NCBI GenBank assembly: GCA_963729045.1
Contig: CAVSMN010000015.1
Coordinates: 139,474 to 203,473 of the forward strand
Reading direction: 5' to 3'
Length of the DNA stretch: 64,000 bases
From: an uncultured Nitrososphaeraceae archaeon
GTDB taxonomy: Archaea; Thermoproteota; Nitrososphaeria; Nitrososphaerales; Nitrososphaeraceae
Shown: positions 20,617 through 31,832 of the stretch, piece by piece
How the letters are laid out: each line of letters begins with the position of its first letter
How positions within the stretch are numbered: position 1 is the first letter of the stretch
Notes under the pieces: generated by a model
Told to the model about the DNA's origin: nothing
Seen by the model: the letters and a program-made list of their open reading frames with translations, nothing else
Databases searched by the model: none
Program-made: the position numbers and the translations under genes

Positions 20617-20840
20617 ATAACAGTTAAATTATTATCGAGATTTCCTGGCAAGCCATTACAGATTTATTATTACATTATATTAAATGTTAGGATCCTAAAA
20701 TAGAGGTATGCATAATAATGAAAATTCAAAATTTGTAGCAACGACTGTTGGCTTTTAGTTTTAAAGATGTTTTATCCAGATATTTGTTTGAGTGAATTAT
20801 AGAGAATTAATATCTTTTTTACCAAAGTGCTACTGAATTT

Positions 20841-21168
20841 TCAACTTTTTGAAACATTAAATATGTACAAGACTACTAGTCTGTTCCTTGTTTCCATGGA
20901 AATAATGCTTTGTTTTTGATGGAACAAAAATACAAGAACCTTTTCTTATTTCATGATTCTTTTCTACCATATTGATATATCCTTTTCCTTCCATAACAAT
21001 ATAGAGTTCATCTTCAGAATGAGGTCCCTGTGTGTCCTTTTGACCTGGATTGAGTCTAAGCACCCCAACTTCAAAACTATTATTGTGCAAGAAATCTAAG
21101 AAATATGTTGAATTGTCTTTTTTATCTAGCTTTAACAGTATTGAATCAAGGTCAAAAATATTATCCAT
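20841..21168 (-). CDS. Cupin domain protein
   Basis: PHSEDELYIVMEG and FVPSKTKHYFH. A terminal frameshift restores LVVLYIFN to a TGA at 20841-20843. Confidence 0.85.
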
Positions 21169-21467
21169 GTCTTCTTACAATATATCCTAAATTAGTTTGT
21201 TCTCTTGCTGCTATGTTGGACCTAATGATGTACGTTTGATGAATGAACAATTTAATTCGTAAATAAGACCGGGAGAATATACGATTTGGTTCAGTCCCTA
21301 CATGAAATTTATTCGAAACATAACAATGATTTTACCTACATTGTCAGGATCTAGATTATGATTTGAATTAACTGAAATATTAAAAAATACCTGTATTAAA
21401 ACAACAGCCGCGAAGTGTTCCAAATAATTTTGTTTCAGTTTAATACTGGAACTGTATATGTACTATT

Positions 21468-22148
21468 ATGAGCGTCTTGTTTCAGGATCGCGAGCAAGCT
21501 GGACACGAGCTAGCAAAAGAATTGGCAGTGATTCTGAAAAAAAATCAAATAGATTTATCTAATGCTGAAAATGAGTTAATTGTTTTAGCGATACCACGAG
21601 GTGGTATCATATTAGGTGACATCATAGCAAACCATTTCCAATGTAATTTGGATGTTATCATTTCTAGAAAGATAAGGGCTGAATTCAATGAAGAATTCGC
21701 AATAGGTGCAATGATGCCAGACGGAAGCTACTTTTTGAATGAAGGAATTGCACGCCTTTTCAATATTTCCCAAGCTTATTTAAAAAAGGAGATAGATTTT
21801 CAAAAAAAGGAAATCAGGAGACGTCTGATAGAATTTAGAGGCGATATTTCCTATCATGATAAATTTGAGGGGAAAGTTATTGTCCTTGTTGATGACGGAA
21901 TAGCTACAGGATCTACCATAATCGCCTCAGCAGAATGGGTAAAGAACAATTGTAATTGCAAACAACTTGTTGTTGCAGTACCTGTAGCACCCGCCAGAGA
22001 TGAAACTGTGAATAAGCTTGCTAAAATAGCTGACAATATTGTAATTTTGCATATGGAAGAGGCTTTTTCTGCCGTCGGTCAATTTTACAGAGACTTTGAT
22101 CAAGTAAGTGACGAAACTGTAAAGAAAATCATGATGAAATATCATTAG
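21468..22148 (+). CDS. Phosphoribosyltransferase (COG1926-type)
   Basis: FQDREQAG, LAIPRGG, PRPP-binding VLVDDGIATG and AVGQFY.DF.QVSD. Confidence 0.9.
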   Translation: MSVLFQDREQAGHELAKELAVILKKNQIDLSNAENELIVLAIPRGGIILGDIIANHFQCNLDVIISRKIRAEFNEEFAIGAMMPDGSYFLNEGIARLFNISQAYLKKEIDFQKKEIRRRLIEFRGDISYHDKFEGKVIVLVDDGIATGSTIIASAEWVKNNCNCKQLVVAVPVAPARDETVNKLAKIADNIVILHMEEAFSAVGQFYRDFDQVSDETVKKIMMKYH

Positions 22149-22284
22149 TCTATTTTGGATAATAACTTTTTATAAAGAATTAAAGTTAATATTGTAAAAT
22201 GTATATGACTTCATTATCAATCTTGGTAAATACTATTGAGACCAATTTGGGCTATTAAAAAATAAATAACCGGATCGAATTTGG

Positions 22285-24700
22285 ATGATTGAATCTGCTG
22301 TGCCTTTACTACTGGCGGGACCCATTATTCGTCGAGTTGACAAAACACAAGTGTGTATCTGGATAGCAACGAGCAAAGCCGTAAATGCAAAAGTAGAAAT
22401 ATTCAAATTCTATAGGTCAAAAAGTAACTTTTTACTAAGCAAAACAGTTAATGAACATACTGATAACGAACTTGTACTACACTTCTCTCGATCTAATATG
22501 CATATTATAGGTAGTGGTAAATGTACTTCGCTGAAACTGGGAGATAACCTATATGTGAGCCTTATAATTGCTAGACCATTTTCCTATAATAAATATAATA
22601 TAGATAATAAAACAAACATGTTATCCACTTTTCCCACAGACGAGATCCTGGCTTATGATATTGGAGCTTTTTTTATCTAACGAGAGTAAAGAACATGGAC
22701 TGCGCTTAAAGGATCTGGGATTATTATCTGGGGAAAATACTATACTTTATGATAGTTCTAATCCTGAAGAACTGAACAATCACGACGAAAATCAAGACAA
22801 ACCATTACCTCCTTTGTTTTCCTTGCCCACACTCTATATCCCTGCTGGGAAAAATAGTTCTCACCTAAATATTCTCTACGGTTCATGTAGAAAACTGCAC
22901 GGTAATGATGGGGATAGTTTGATTATAGGAGATAAACTTCTTGCCTCTTCCATCTCTGATCTAAAAAAAAGACCAAGCTCACTCTTTCTAATAGGCGATC
23001 AAATTTATGCTGATGACGTAGCTGGACCTCTAATAGGATATCTAGGAAGATTATCAAACGAGCTTCTTGGATGGCGAGAAATTGTTGATGGAATAGACAA
23101 AAATCTAGAAGACATACCAATTGGTGGCCGCAAGGAGATCGTAAGTTCCAAAGCTCAATTTACTTCGGAAGTATCTGACAATCACTTACTAGGATTTGGC
23201 GAATTCGCTGCAATGTATTTAGTTTCATGGAATCCATTAATCTGGCCCAAAGAATTTAATCCCTATCTAGGAAAATTACATCATACTATCGAATCTAAAC
23301 AAAAGTATGAAACAGAATTGAAGGATCTTGAAGAAAGTCGCAAAAATCTTAGAAAAATTAGAAGACTTCTTGCTAATGTGCCTACTTATATGATTTGTGA
23401 TGATCATGAAATAACTGACGATTGGAACATAGATCGGAAATGGAGCGACTCTGTGAGAAACAGTAAGAGCGGATCTCAAATAATTGCCAATGGTCTTGTA
23501 GCTTATTGGGCTTTTCAGGCTTGGGGGAACGATCCAGATTCGTTTGATGATGACTTTGTTGAAACAATCAAGATGTACCTTGATCTAAAAAAACAAAAGA
23601 GTTTGTTCCATTTTGACAAGACTTCAAAGATTTCGATTTTGAATGACGACCGTGAAGACAATGAAATTGATAAAACACAAATATGGAAGATAGGATTTGG
23701 GATATTAAAAAGTGGACGTATGTTGCTCCTACATATCCGCTTTCCATATTTTTAGATTGTAGAACACAGAGAGAATTTGTAAATCCCGATGGTCCTCCAG
23801 TATTATTAAATGATGAGGTCTTAGATTACATTAAATCTGAAGTTTATAACTCTGGATATAAACGAGGTGACCCGCTCGTCATTATATCTCCGACACCAGT
23901 TTTTGGTTTTGAACATGCCGAAAGTGTACAGCGATTTCTGACCTCCATTTCAGGAACTTATAAGTGGGACCTTGAAACATGGAGATCTAATGAAGCGGGA
24001 TTCATAAAATTCTTGGCTTTTGTGTCTAATACGTTTAGCCCTGATTATTGCGTTATTTTATCAGGAGATGTTCATTATGCCTTTACAATGAAAGCAAGAT
24101 TTGATCTATCCACTGCAGGGAATCACACAAAGCAATTTGCTTTTGATTTGGGAAATAATATCCCGATATTATCTTCTTTATCATTTGCTCAATTGACTGC
24201 TAGCCCTTTGCGAAGTAACAGCTTGAAAAAGAGAAAGTTAGCAATAATGATTCTAAATTTGGTACATAAAATCATCATAACTAGAAAATGTCATCACGCA
24301 TAGGCTTTCTTGACGCATCTTATGACCCTGGTTACAATAGTCATAGAATTTCAAAAGAATTAAAGGAAGATAACAGTATCCAAATAAAGAAAATCCAAAT
24401 TATTCAAAACATGGAAAAGAAGTGTCATTTCCTATTAAAATTAAGACTATCTATACAAGTTTGATTAATCGTTATTTTATTGATAAGGAGGCGAAGGCTG
24501 CTGAGCGATTTCCAAATTGGAGGGAGTCTAGAATGCTTGTCACACCAAAAGGTCATGGTACTACTCCCGTGTTAGCAAATAATAACATAGGTTCGGTTTC
24601 ATTAAATTTAAAATCACGTACTGTAGAACACACCTTATTTTTTCTTGAAAGTAATAAAGTACGATCTAGCATGGCCATAATTGAATTTGAAGATAGATAA
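22285..24700 (+). CDS. PhoD-like metallophosphatase, cytoplasmic, reconstructed from four ORFs
   Basis: LLAGPIIRR, GSCRKLHG, GDQIYADD, DDHEITDDW, LDCRTQR and SGDVHY; no signal peptide seen. Confidence 0.8.
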
Positions 24701-24980
24701 AAAGACACTGGACTGAATTTTCTTCTTCTTTTTAAAATCTAAAAATATTTAAAAGATTAAGAAGGTAAATGAAGAGGATAATTAAACTAATTGTTATTTA
24801 GATGACAAGTTATTATGATGCGATAATCCATTACTATGACAATATTTTTAAAAAGAATTACTTGAAGATTACCTGAAGACTTTGTTCATGCTAGCAAAAT
24901 GATAGGAAAATCTCTTGTTACCACTCTTACGAACCTGATTGAGATATTGAATAAATATTTGTAAAAGATTTTACTGATGT

Positions 24981-26195
24981 TTACTTACTTTTTTCTAACT
25001 TTTCTTCAGTTTTACTTTCGCCTTGATCTATTAATTCCCTAATCGTTCTACTAGAGAAATCACTATTCTTTAAGATTGATGGAGATTCGATTTCACTTCT
25101 AATTATTCTAGTAACAGATTTAATTTCTGCCCCATAATTTTCAATCAAGTCTTTATATTCATTTTGGATATCATTTCTTTCCTGCTTGCTTAGCATGGAA
25201 TGATCAACTTGTTTCTCAAATATTTCGTATAGTTTCTCTATTAATTTTATATGCCTAGTAACTAATCTTGCATTTTTAATACTTTCAATATCTTTATCAC
25301 AAAATAAAATGTCCTTATATCTATTTACCACTTCTATAAAATTGGAAGGAAGTCTATCGATTCTTTGGGGATAGTTTTCAACTATGAAAATATTCTTATC
25401 ATTTCGTGGTGACACATAGAGTACTTCTCTTATTGGAGTATTGCTAAGCAAGCTTCCATCCCATGCTTTAATGTTATTTCCTAAATCGACCCAAGGAAAT
25501 CCATATATTGGATATCCCGAACTTGCTAGAATATGTTCTGGTTTTATTTTCATCAGTGTATTATCAAAAATAAGTGGCCTGGCTGTCATAACATCCACTG
25601 CTGTCATTATTAACCTCAAAACGGAAGGCAACTCTTCTTTGGTTGCTGCAAGATTTAATTTTTCATAGTCTATGTATTTTTCTAGAGTCCCTACTAAAGG
25701 GGAGTGGTCATAAATAAATGTCCAATTTCTAGGATCAAAATACTGCTCTTCGAGTCTACCCATGATGCCATGAAAGTTCTTACTGGTATTCCACCACTGC
25801 CATCTTGGTATAAACATTTTGGGAACTCCAAAAAAAGCTGCATTTGCAGAAGCGGATGAAATGGTCTTAGGGACATACGTTCTTGTTCTACTGTCCCATC
25901 CATAAGCCCATAAATCTGGTATAATTTCAAGGCTACTCTCACCAATTTCCAGCCAAAAGTCTTCAAGGTCTTTTTCTGGGTGCCCGGATTTACTTCCAAC
26001 TATTATGGCTGCGTTGACTGCACCTATGGAAGTGCCTGCGACTATATCTATCTGCACCTTATGTTTTACTAATGCCTTAAACACACCACAAGCGAAAGCC
26101 CCTAGAGAGCCACCCCCTTGCATGACAAGAACATTTTCTATATTTCTAGATTCCTTGTGTCTTGTAGTACTGGCCTCTTTTATGGTATAACTCAT
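24981..26195 (-). CDS. Patatin-like phospholipase/esterase
   Basis: QGGGSLG oxyanion motif, GTSIG nucleophile and WDGSLLSNTP catalytic Asp. Confidence 0.9.
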   Translation of the reverse strand: MSYTIKEASTTRHKESRNIENVLVMQGGGSLGAFACGVFKALVKHKVQIDIVAGTSIGAVNAAIIVGSKSGHPEKDLEDFWLEIGESSLEIIPDLWAYGWDSRTRTYVPKTISSASANAAFFGVPKMFIPRWQWWNTSKNFHGIMGRLEEQYFDPRNWTFIYDHSPLVGTLEKYIDYEKLNLAATKEELPSVLRLIMTAVDVMTARPLIFDNTLMKIKPEHILASSGYPIYGFPWVDLGNNIKAWDGSLLSNTPIREVLYVSPRNDKNIFIVENYPQRIDRLPSNFIEVVNRYKDILFCDKDIESIKNARLVTRHIKLIEKLYEIFEKQVDHSMLSKQERNDIQNEYKDLIENYGAEIKSVTRIIRSEIESPSILKNSDFSSRTIRELIDQGESKTEEKLEKSK

Positions 26196-26490
26196 CTGTA
26201 TAACATAATTTACAAGAAAGCTTATTTAGATGAGCCATAAAAGATTTAAATATATTAGAAAAATTGACCAGAGTCCTTTCGCTACTCTAATTCGGCGTTA
26301 TTATTTCTCAGATATGGGCATTAAAAATTCAACCTTGAAATTGATTCTTATTTTTGTAGACAGATGAAGGAAAAATCATCTGATGATCTTACTATTGTAA
26401 ACTAATTTCTGTTAGACCTATTCAAATTAATTTGGTGATTAACTGCCTAGTAAAGCATGATTATAGAAGCCGCAGCGTACTGCACCATAC

Positions 26491-27372
26491 TTAACCAATT
26501 ATGAATTCTGAAGAATCTATTTTTACTCTTGGAAATTCTGGTTTCATACTTTCCAATTTTTTTAAAATAATATAAGATATTGCCCAATTTCGAAAATGTT
26601 TTACGTTTGCAGGTATGATATACCAGGGTGCCCATTTCCTGTTGCATAAACTTATTACTTTTTCGTAGGCATCCATGTATTTACCCCAATTACGATGACT
26701 TACTAAATCACTTTCTTTTATTTTCCACTGTTTTGTAGGGTCCTGTATTCGTTCTTGGAGTCTCTTTTTCTGTTCATCTTTGCTAATATTTAAAAAGAAC
26801 TTTATTATGGTAACATTATTTTCTGACAAATATCTCTCAAAATCATTGATTTGGTTGTACCTAAGATTCAATTGATCCTTAGAAACTAGATTGTTTACGC
26901 TAGGTTCTATAATGTCCTCATAATGAGAACGATTAAAAATTGCTATTTGACCTTTTGAAGGAACTTCGATATGAATTCGCCAAAGATAGTCATGAGATAA
27001 TTCTGTTTCATTAGGAACCTTAAATGACTTTACATAACAGTTTTGGGGATTTAATGCTTCCATCACTTGACGAATTGTTCCATCTTTTCCTGAGGCGTCA
27101 GCTCCCTGTAAGATAATTAATAAGGATTTACTATTGGCTGCGAATAGCTTGTATTGTAATTCTGATATCCTTTTAGAAAATTGTTCCATTTCTGTCAACA
27201 TCTCAATTTTACTTTTATTCCCGCTATATTGCGGATCCCAATCCTTTAATTTTATCTGATTTGCAGAGGATTTGGTTGGCTTTACTAAAAATTTTCTAAA
27301 AGGATCCATGACTGATCCAGATAAAATGATACTGGATTTAAATCTGTATCTGCCATGCATTTTATAAAACAT
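26491..27372 (-). CDS. ppk2: Polyphosphate kinase 2 family (class III-like)
   Basis: QGADASGKDG, HDYLWR, FNRSHYED and APWYIIPAN.K. Confidence 0.92.
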   Translation of the reverse strand: MFYKMHGRYRFKSSIILSGSVMDPFRKFLVKPTKSSANQIKLKDWDPQYSGNKSKIEMLTEMEQFSKRISELQYKLFAANSKSLLIILQGADASGKDGTIRQVMEALNPQNCYVKSFKVPNETELSHDYLWRIHIEVPSKGQIAIFNRSHYEDIIEPSVNNLVSKDQLNLRYNQINDFERYLSENNVTIIKFFLNISKDEQKKRLQERIQDPTKQWKIKESDLVSHRNWGKYMDAYEKVISLCNRKWAPWYIIPANVKHFRNWAISYIILKKLESMKPEFPRVKIDSSEFIIG

Positions 27373-27750
27373 TCAGAAGAATTGGCTACTTGGAAAGTAT
27401 CTTGCTAAAAAGTGCAGAAAATGATAAAGTTATCTTTTATCTTTTTAAAACTTGAACTTGATCTCTATTAAAAAATATATAATTAACTACTACTAACGAA
27501 TATTGTAAATATAAAAAATATTCCCAATGAAAATAATTTTGTTAATTGTTATCCTACTTCATTAGTCCATTAATATTTTTTAAAGTATTAGAGGTCTAAT
27601 CTTAAGGTCATGAAGGTGTTGAATACTTAGATGCGAATTTGCAACGAAATCTACAATCATATCATTTATGACAAAACAATGCCTAAAGCAACGATTAAAC
27701 TAGTAAATGAAAGCAAATATTTAGATAATATAAAATATTGACTATTATTT

Positions 27751-28274
27751 ATGCGAATTTCACCAGAAATGACAAAAGCAATTAATGAACAAATTTCTTA
27801 TGAAGCCTCGTCCGCGAATGCATATATTGCAATCGGATCATGGTGTGAGAGAACTGGATATGACGGTAGTGCAGCTTTCTTCTTTGAACAAGCTAGCGAA
27901 GAAAACCAACATATGCTGAGGTTCATTCATTATCTCAACGGTGCTGGTGCAGAAGCGATTGTTCCTGCAATAGATAAGCCTCAAAATAGCTTTGAATCAC
28001 TTAAATCTGCATTTGAATTTGGTCTACAAGGTGAGCAAACCGTATCCAAATCCATTTATGAGTTGGTGGATATGGCTGGAAAGAAAAAGATTATTCTACT
28101 TACTCATTTTTGCAATGGTTTGTAACCGAACAGATAGAGGAAGAGACATTATTTCAAACAATTCTCCAAAAATTTGATTTACTCGGTGGTGACAAATTGG
28201 CTATTTATCAGATCGATCAGTCTCTTTCTTCTATCAGATCCCAGATCGTGAGTAAGCAAGCAAAGCAGGGATAA
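27751..28274 (+). CDS. ftnA: Ferritin (non-haem), frameshift near 28085
   Basis: NEQISYE..S...Y and EENQHM; the shifted frame gives DYSTYSFLQWFVTEQIEEE to a TAA at 28272-28274. Confidence 0.9.
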
Positions 28275-29607
28275 TCCTTATAGATGTAAAAATTCCAATT
28301 TATCTTTTTTAGTAATTCTCAGCTGGAAGTATTTCATTAACAAAAAATTTTGAACTCAAAATCTTTATTTTAGCCTCTTTTCTAGTAATCTTGTCTTACG
28401 CAATTTATTAATGTGTGTATTTTAATTGCTCTTCACTAACTCAATAAACAGATAGATTTCAGAGTCAATAAACATTTTAGACAATGAGTAGTGATTCGTT
28501 GCATTACCATTGATTACTTTTTTGAGTTTGAACATTAGACCTATATCCGATAGCATCCAAATGAACCGCTCAATCAACCTTGAATAATACTTGGACGAAT
28601 CATCCATATAATTACCTGTGAACTAGTAAGCTCGAGTGATCTCATATCAAGATTATTAATAAAAATATATGCCTCGAAACGTAAATTTGATGGCACTGTA
28701 AGAAAAAATTTAGTAGAACTATGTGAATGCGAACTCGGCATAATGAATACTAGTTCATTCTGGAATGTCCATGTATTCAATAACGAAATTGAGAAGGAAG
28801 CGGATAACAAGAAATTTCGTGATGTCAAAGTGGATGAAGTAGATGGGGTTGATCAGGATTATTTAGATGAGCAAATTAATATGTGATTCTTATTGGAAAA
28901 GATATTAAAAAATTTCAAAACTTAAGACTTAATCGGATAAAACTGAGAACGAAAAAAATCAGATTTTTACTGATTCGCTATTTGAACACAAAATAACACC
29001 AACGATTTAGTCCAAATCTCTGAATTACACACTGACTTTTGAAGCTCACTGAGAACCAAATTTAATTTTGTAAATTAATGCTTATCAAAATATTATGAAA
29101 ATACCTCCATTATGCCGCGTCTTCGTTAAAAAATTTAGTAAAAAACAACCACTGGATTAAAAAAAGAAACCAAATTTAGACAAAACCATATTGCTGAGAA
29201 TAATTCTATATATTCGTTTTTGCACTCAGATTTCTACAGAAGAACGGTATAAGGCAGTTTCTTCTACTTTCGCTAATAGGTCTATATTTAAGGAACCCTT
29301 GAAGAGTTATTTTGTAAAATTATTCTAAAGCCTTTCAAATAAAATTAAAAATATGACAATCATTAATTCTAGTTAATTACGTTATACTCTTCCGTTCTCT
29401 TACCTCGATAAAGTTGGTATTTGATGCTGGGCATTAGAGTCCAGTTTTTATCGTTTTCGATTACAAGTGTAATGGTTGATTGATTGCAAAAAATTGGATA
29501 GGATTTTTACCCTTTGTCAATATCTGAATAATAATTTAAAGTTCAATAGTTAAAAGTATGTAACATACACTAGAAGCTCTTAAACGAGATGCATCTGTGC
29601 AAATATC

Positions 29608-30471
29608 ATGAGTCTCAACATTGCGGTAATTATTAAATTAGAACCGGATTTTTCTGACGGAAATGTAAGTTATAATCCGGATGGGACATTAAACAGAGCA
29701 GAAACTAAAACTATTTTGGGACATCATAGTGCAATTGCATCACAAGCTGCCTTTTATGCTAAAGTAAAGTATGGTGCGCGTATATCTATTGGGACTATGG
29801 GTCCGCCAATGGCCGAATTGGCTCTTGATCAATCACTATTATTATCTGACGCTGAAGAATTGCATCTATACAGCGACAGATCGTTTGCAGGTGCAGATAC
29901 TCTGTCTACAGCAGAGGTTCTAAAAACAGGGATATCCAAGATGAATGATGGAAAATCAATGGATATTGTATTTTCTGGCTTTAGAGCATCAGATGGTGAA
30001 ACAGGTCAGACTGGTCCTCAAACGGCCTGGAAATTGGGTTTTACTTTCTTAGGTAATGTTATTAGCTACGAAATAGATATTGAAAAACGAGTAATAACTG
30101 CTGTCCGCCTTGTTTCATACGGAAATTATAACCTGATAGAACAGGTGCAGGCACCTCTACCCGTTTTTATTGCTATAGATCCATCTTACAAATCTCCTTT
30201 TATGACAGTTTCTCAAAGATTAAGCGCATCAAGATATCAAAAAGAAGCCACGATAAGATCGAGTAATTATAAATCAATTTTGAAAGTATTTAATGCTAAA
30301 GAATTGGGAGTTGATCCAAAATTAGTAGGGTTGCCTGGTTCACCTACAATTGTATATAAAGTGGAAAAAATTCCAAAAATAAAATCAAATAGGAGTGCAC
30401 AGACCATTGAGAATATTGATACTGGTGAAATCTCTAACATTCTTGAGAAAATCCATGAAACAATTACATAA
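29608..30471 (+). CDS. fixA: Electron transfer flavoprotein beta subunit (FixA-like)
   Basis: TMGPPMA, SDRSFAGADT, GFRASDGETGQTGPQ and GLPGSPT. Confidence 0.9.
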   Translation: MSLNIAVIIKLEPDFSDGNVSYNPDGTLNRAETKTILGHHSAIASQAAFYAKVKYGARISIGTMGPPMAELALDQSLLLSDAEELHLYSDRSFAGADTLSTAEVLKTGISKMNDGKSMDIVFSGFRASDGETGQTGPQTAWKLGFTFLGNVISYEIDIEKRVITAVRLVSYGNYNLIEQVQAPLPVFIAIDPSYKSPFMTVSQRLSASRYQKEATIRSSNYKSILKVFNAKELGVDPKLVGLPGSPTIVYKVEKIPKIKSNRSAQTIENIDTGEISNILEKIHETIT

Positions 30472-30496
30472 ACAATGTGAGTGTGTGAATGAGTGA

Positions 30497-31832
30497 ATGA
30501 GCGTGAAAGAAATGAATGAAAATATGAACAAGACAATAGATCAAACTGCTGCTTTGACGAAAGAGAAAGAGAAGGAGGTTGAGGTTAAGGAGGTTGACAA
30601 CATCAATAAAATGAATGAGACAAGTAAATACAGAAACTTGTATGTTATTATCGAACAAGTGGATGGTAAAATTATTCCTGTTGGTCTTGAAATGTTATCA
30701 GAAGCAAGGAGGCTTATCGATGATTTTAATAAAAAATATTCACTAAATGAAAAGGTAATTGCAGTAATTCTAGGCAATAATATTAAACATTTATGCAAGG
30801 AATTGATTTATTTTGGTGCAGACGCTGTCATTTTTGCAGACGACCCAAAACTAAATTATCATATAAATAAAATCTATACAAAAATAATTGTTCAAATAGC
30901 AACCAATGCAAAATATATCGAAAAGATATCGCCAGAATATTCTAAAGCGTTTAAACGACCTAGATACATGTTCTTTGCTGCCGATAGTACAGGACGACAC
31001 TTGTCATCCACAGTTCTGGCAGAACTAGAATCTGGATTGGCCTCTGATATTAATAAACTGGTGATAGAAGATATCGACTTTAGACATGAACATAAAACAA
31101 AGGGACAAATGTTAACTTTTGAAAAAACACTTAATGATGTATAGACCCGATTTCTCCGGATTTCTTTGGACTACTATTCTTTGTCTAGATAACAAAAATC
31201 CCGAAATAAAGAGGGATTATCATCCTCAAGCATGCAGTATTATTCCTGGTGTATTTGAACCATTAGAAAGAGATGTGTCTAGGACTGGGATAATTGAAGA
31301 ATGTATTCCAGAGTTTGATACAAAAGATCTTGAAATTAAAGTTCTAAGTAGAAATATTCTTAAAGACACGATCGATTTTGGCAGCTATAAAACAATAATA
31401 AGTTTTGGAAGGGGTATAAAAGAGGCTCCAGAAGAGAACATAAAGTTAATAGAAAAACTTGCAAAACTATTAAACGCTGAAATTGGTATATCACTTCCCA
31501 TTTCAAAAAAACCTTTTAAGTTAAGTGACAAAATGAATTCGCTCTATATTACTCCAGAAAGAGTAATAGGAACAAGTGGTCAAAAAGTCGAACCCACTAT
31601 TTATATCGCATTGGGTATTAGCGGGGCCACTCAACATCTAGCAGGAATGAAAAATTCAGGATTTATTATAGCAGTAAACCCTGATGAAAATGCTCCAATA
31701 AAAAATGAATGCGATGTTTTCATTAAGGGAAGAATAGAGGATGTTTTACCAATCATGATAGAAGAGCTTGAGCGAGAAAAAATGACACAAACAAAAGAAG
31801 AAGAAGGTAGTGCCGTAGTTGGAACAGTTTGA
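30497..31832 (+). CDS. fixB: Electron transfer flavoprotein alpha subunit (FixB-like), frameshift near 31133
   Basis: GRHLSSTVLAELESGLASD, YRP, SFGRG, IGTSGQKV.P.IYIALGISGATQHLAGM and NPDENAPI. Confidence 0.9.

Noticed and set aside
28570..28886. Open plus-strand frame of about 90 codons after ferritin
   Set aside because: It has no convincing start or recognisable motif, so a gene call cannot be supported.
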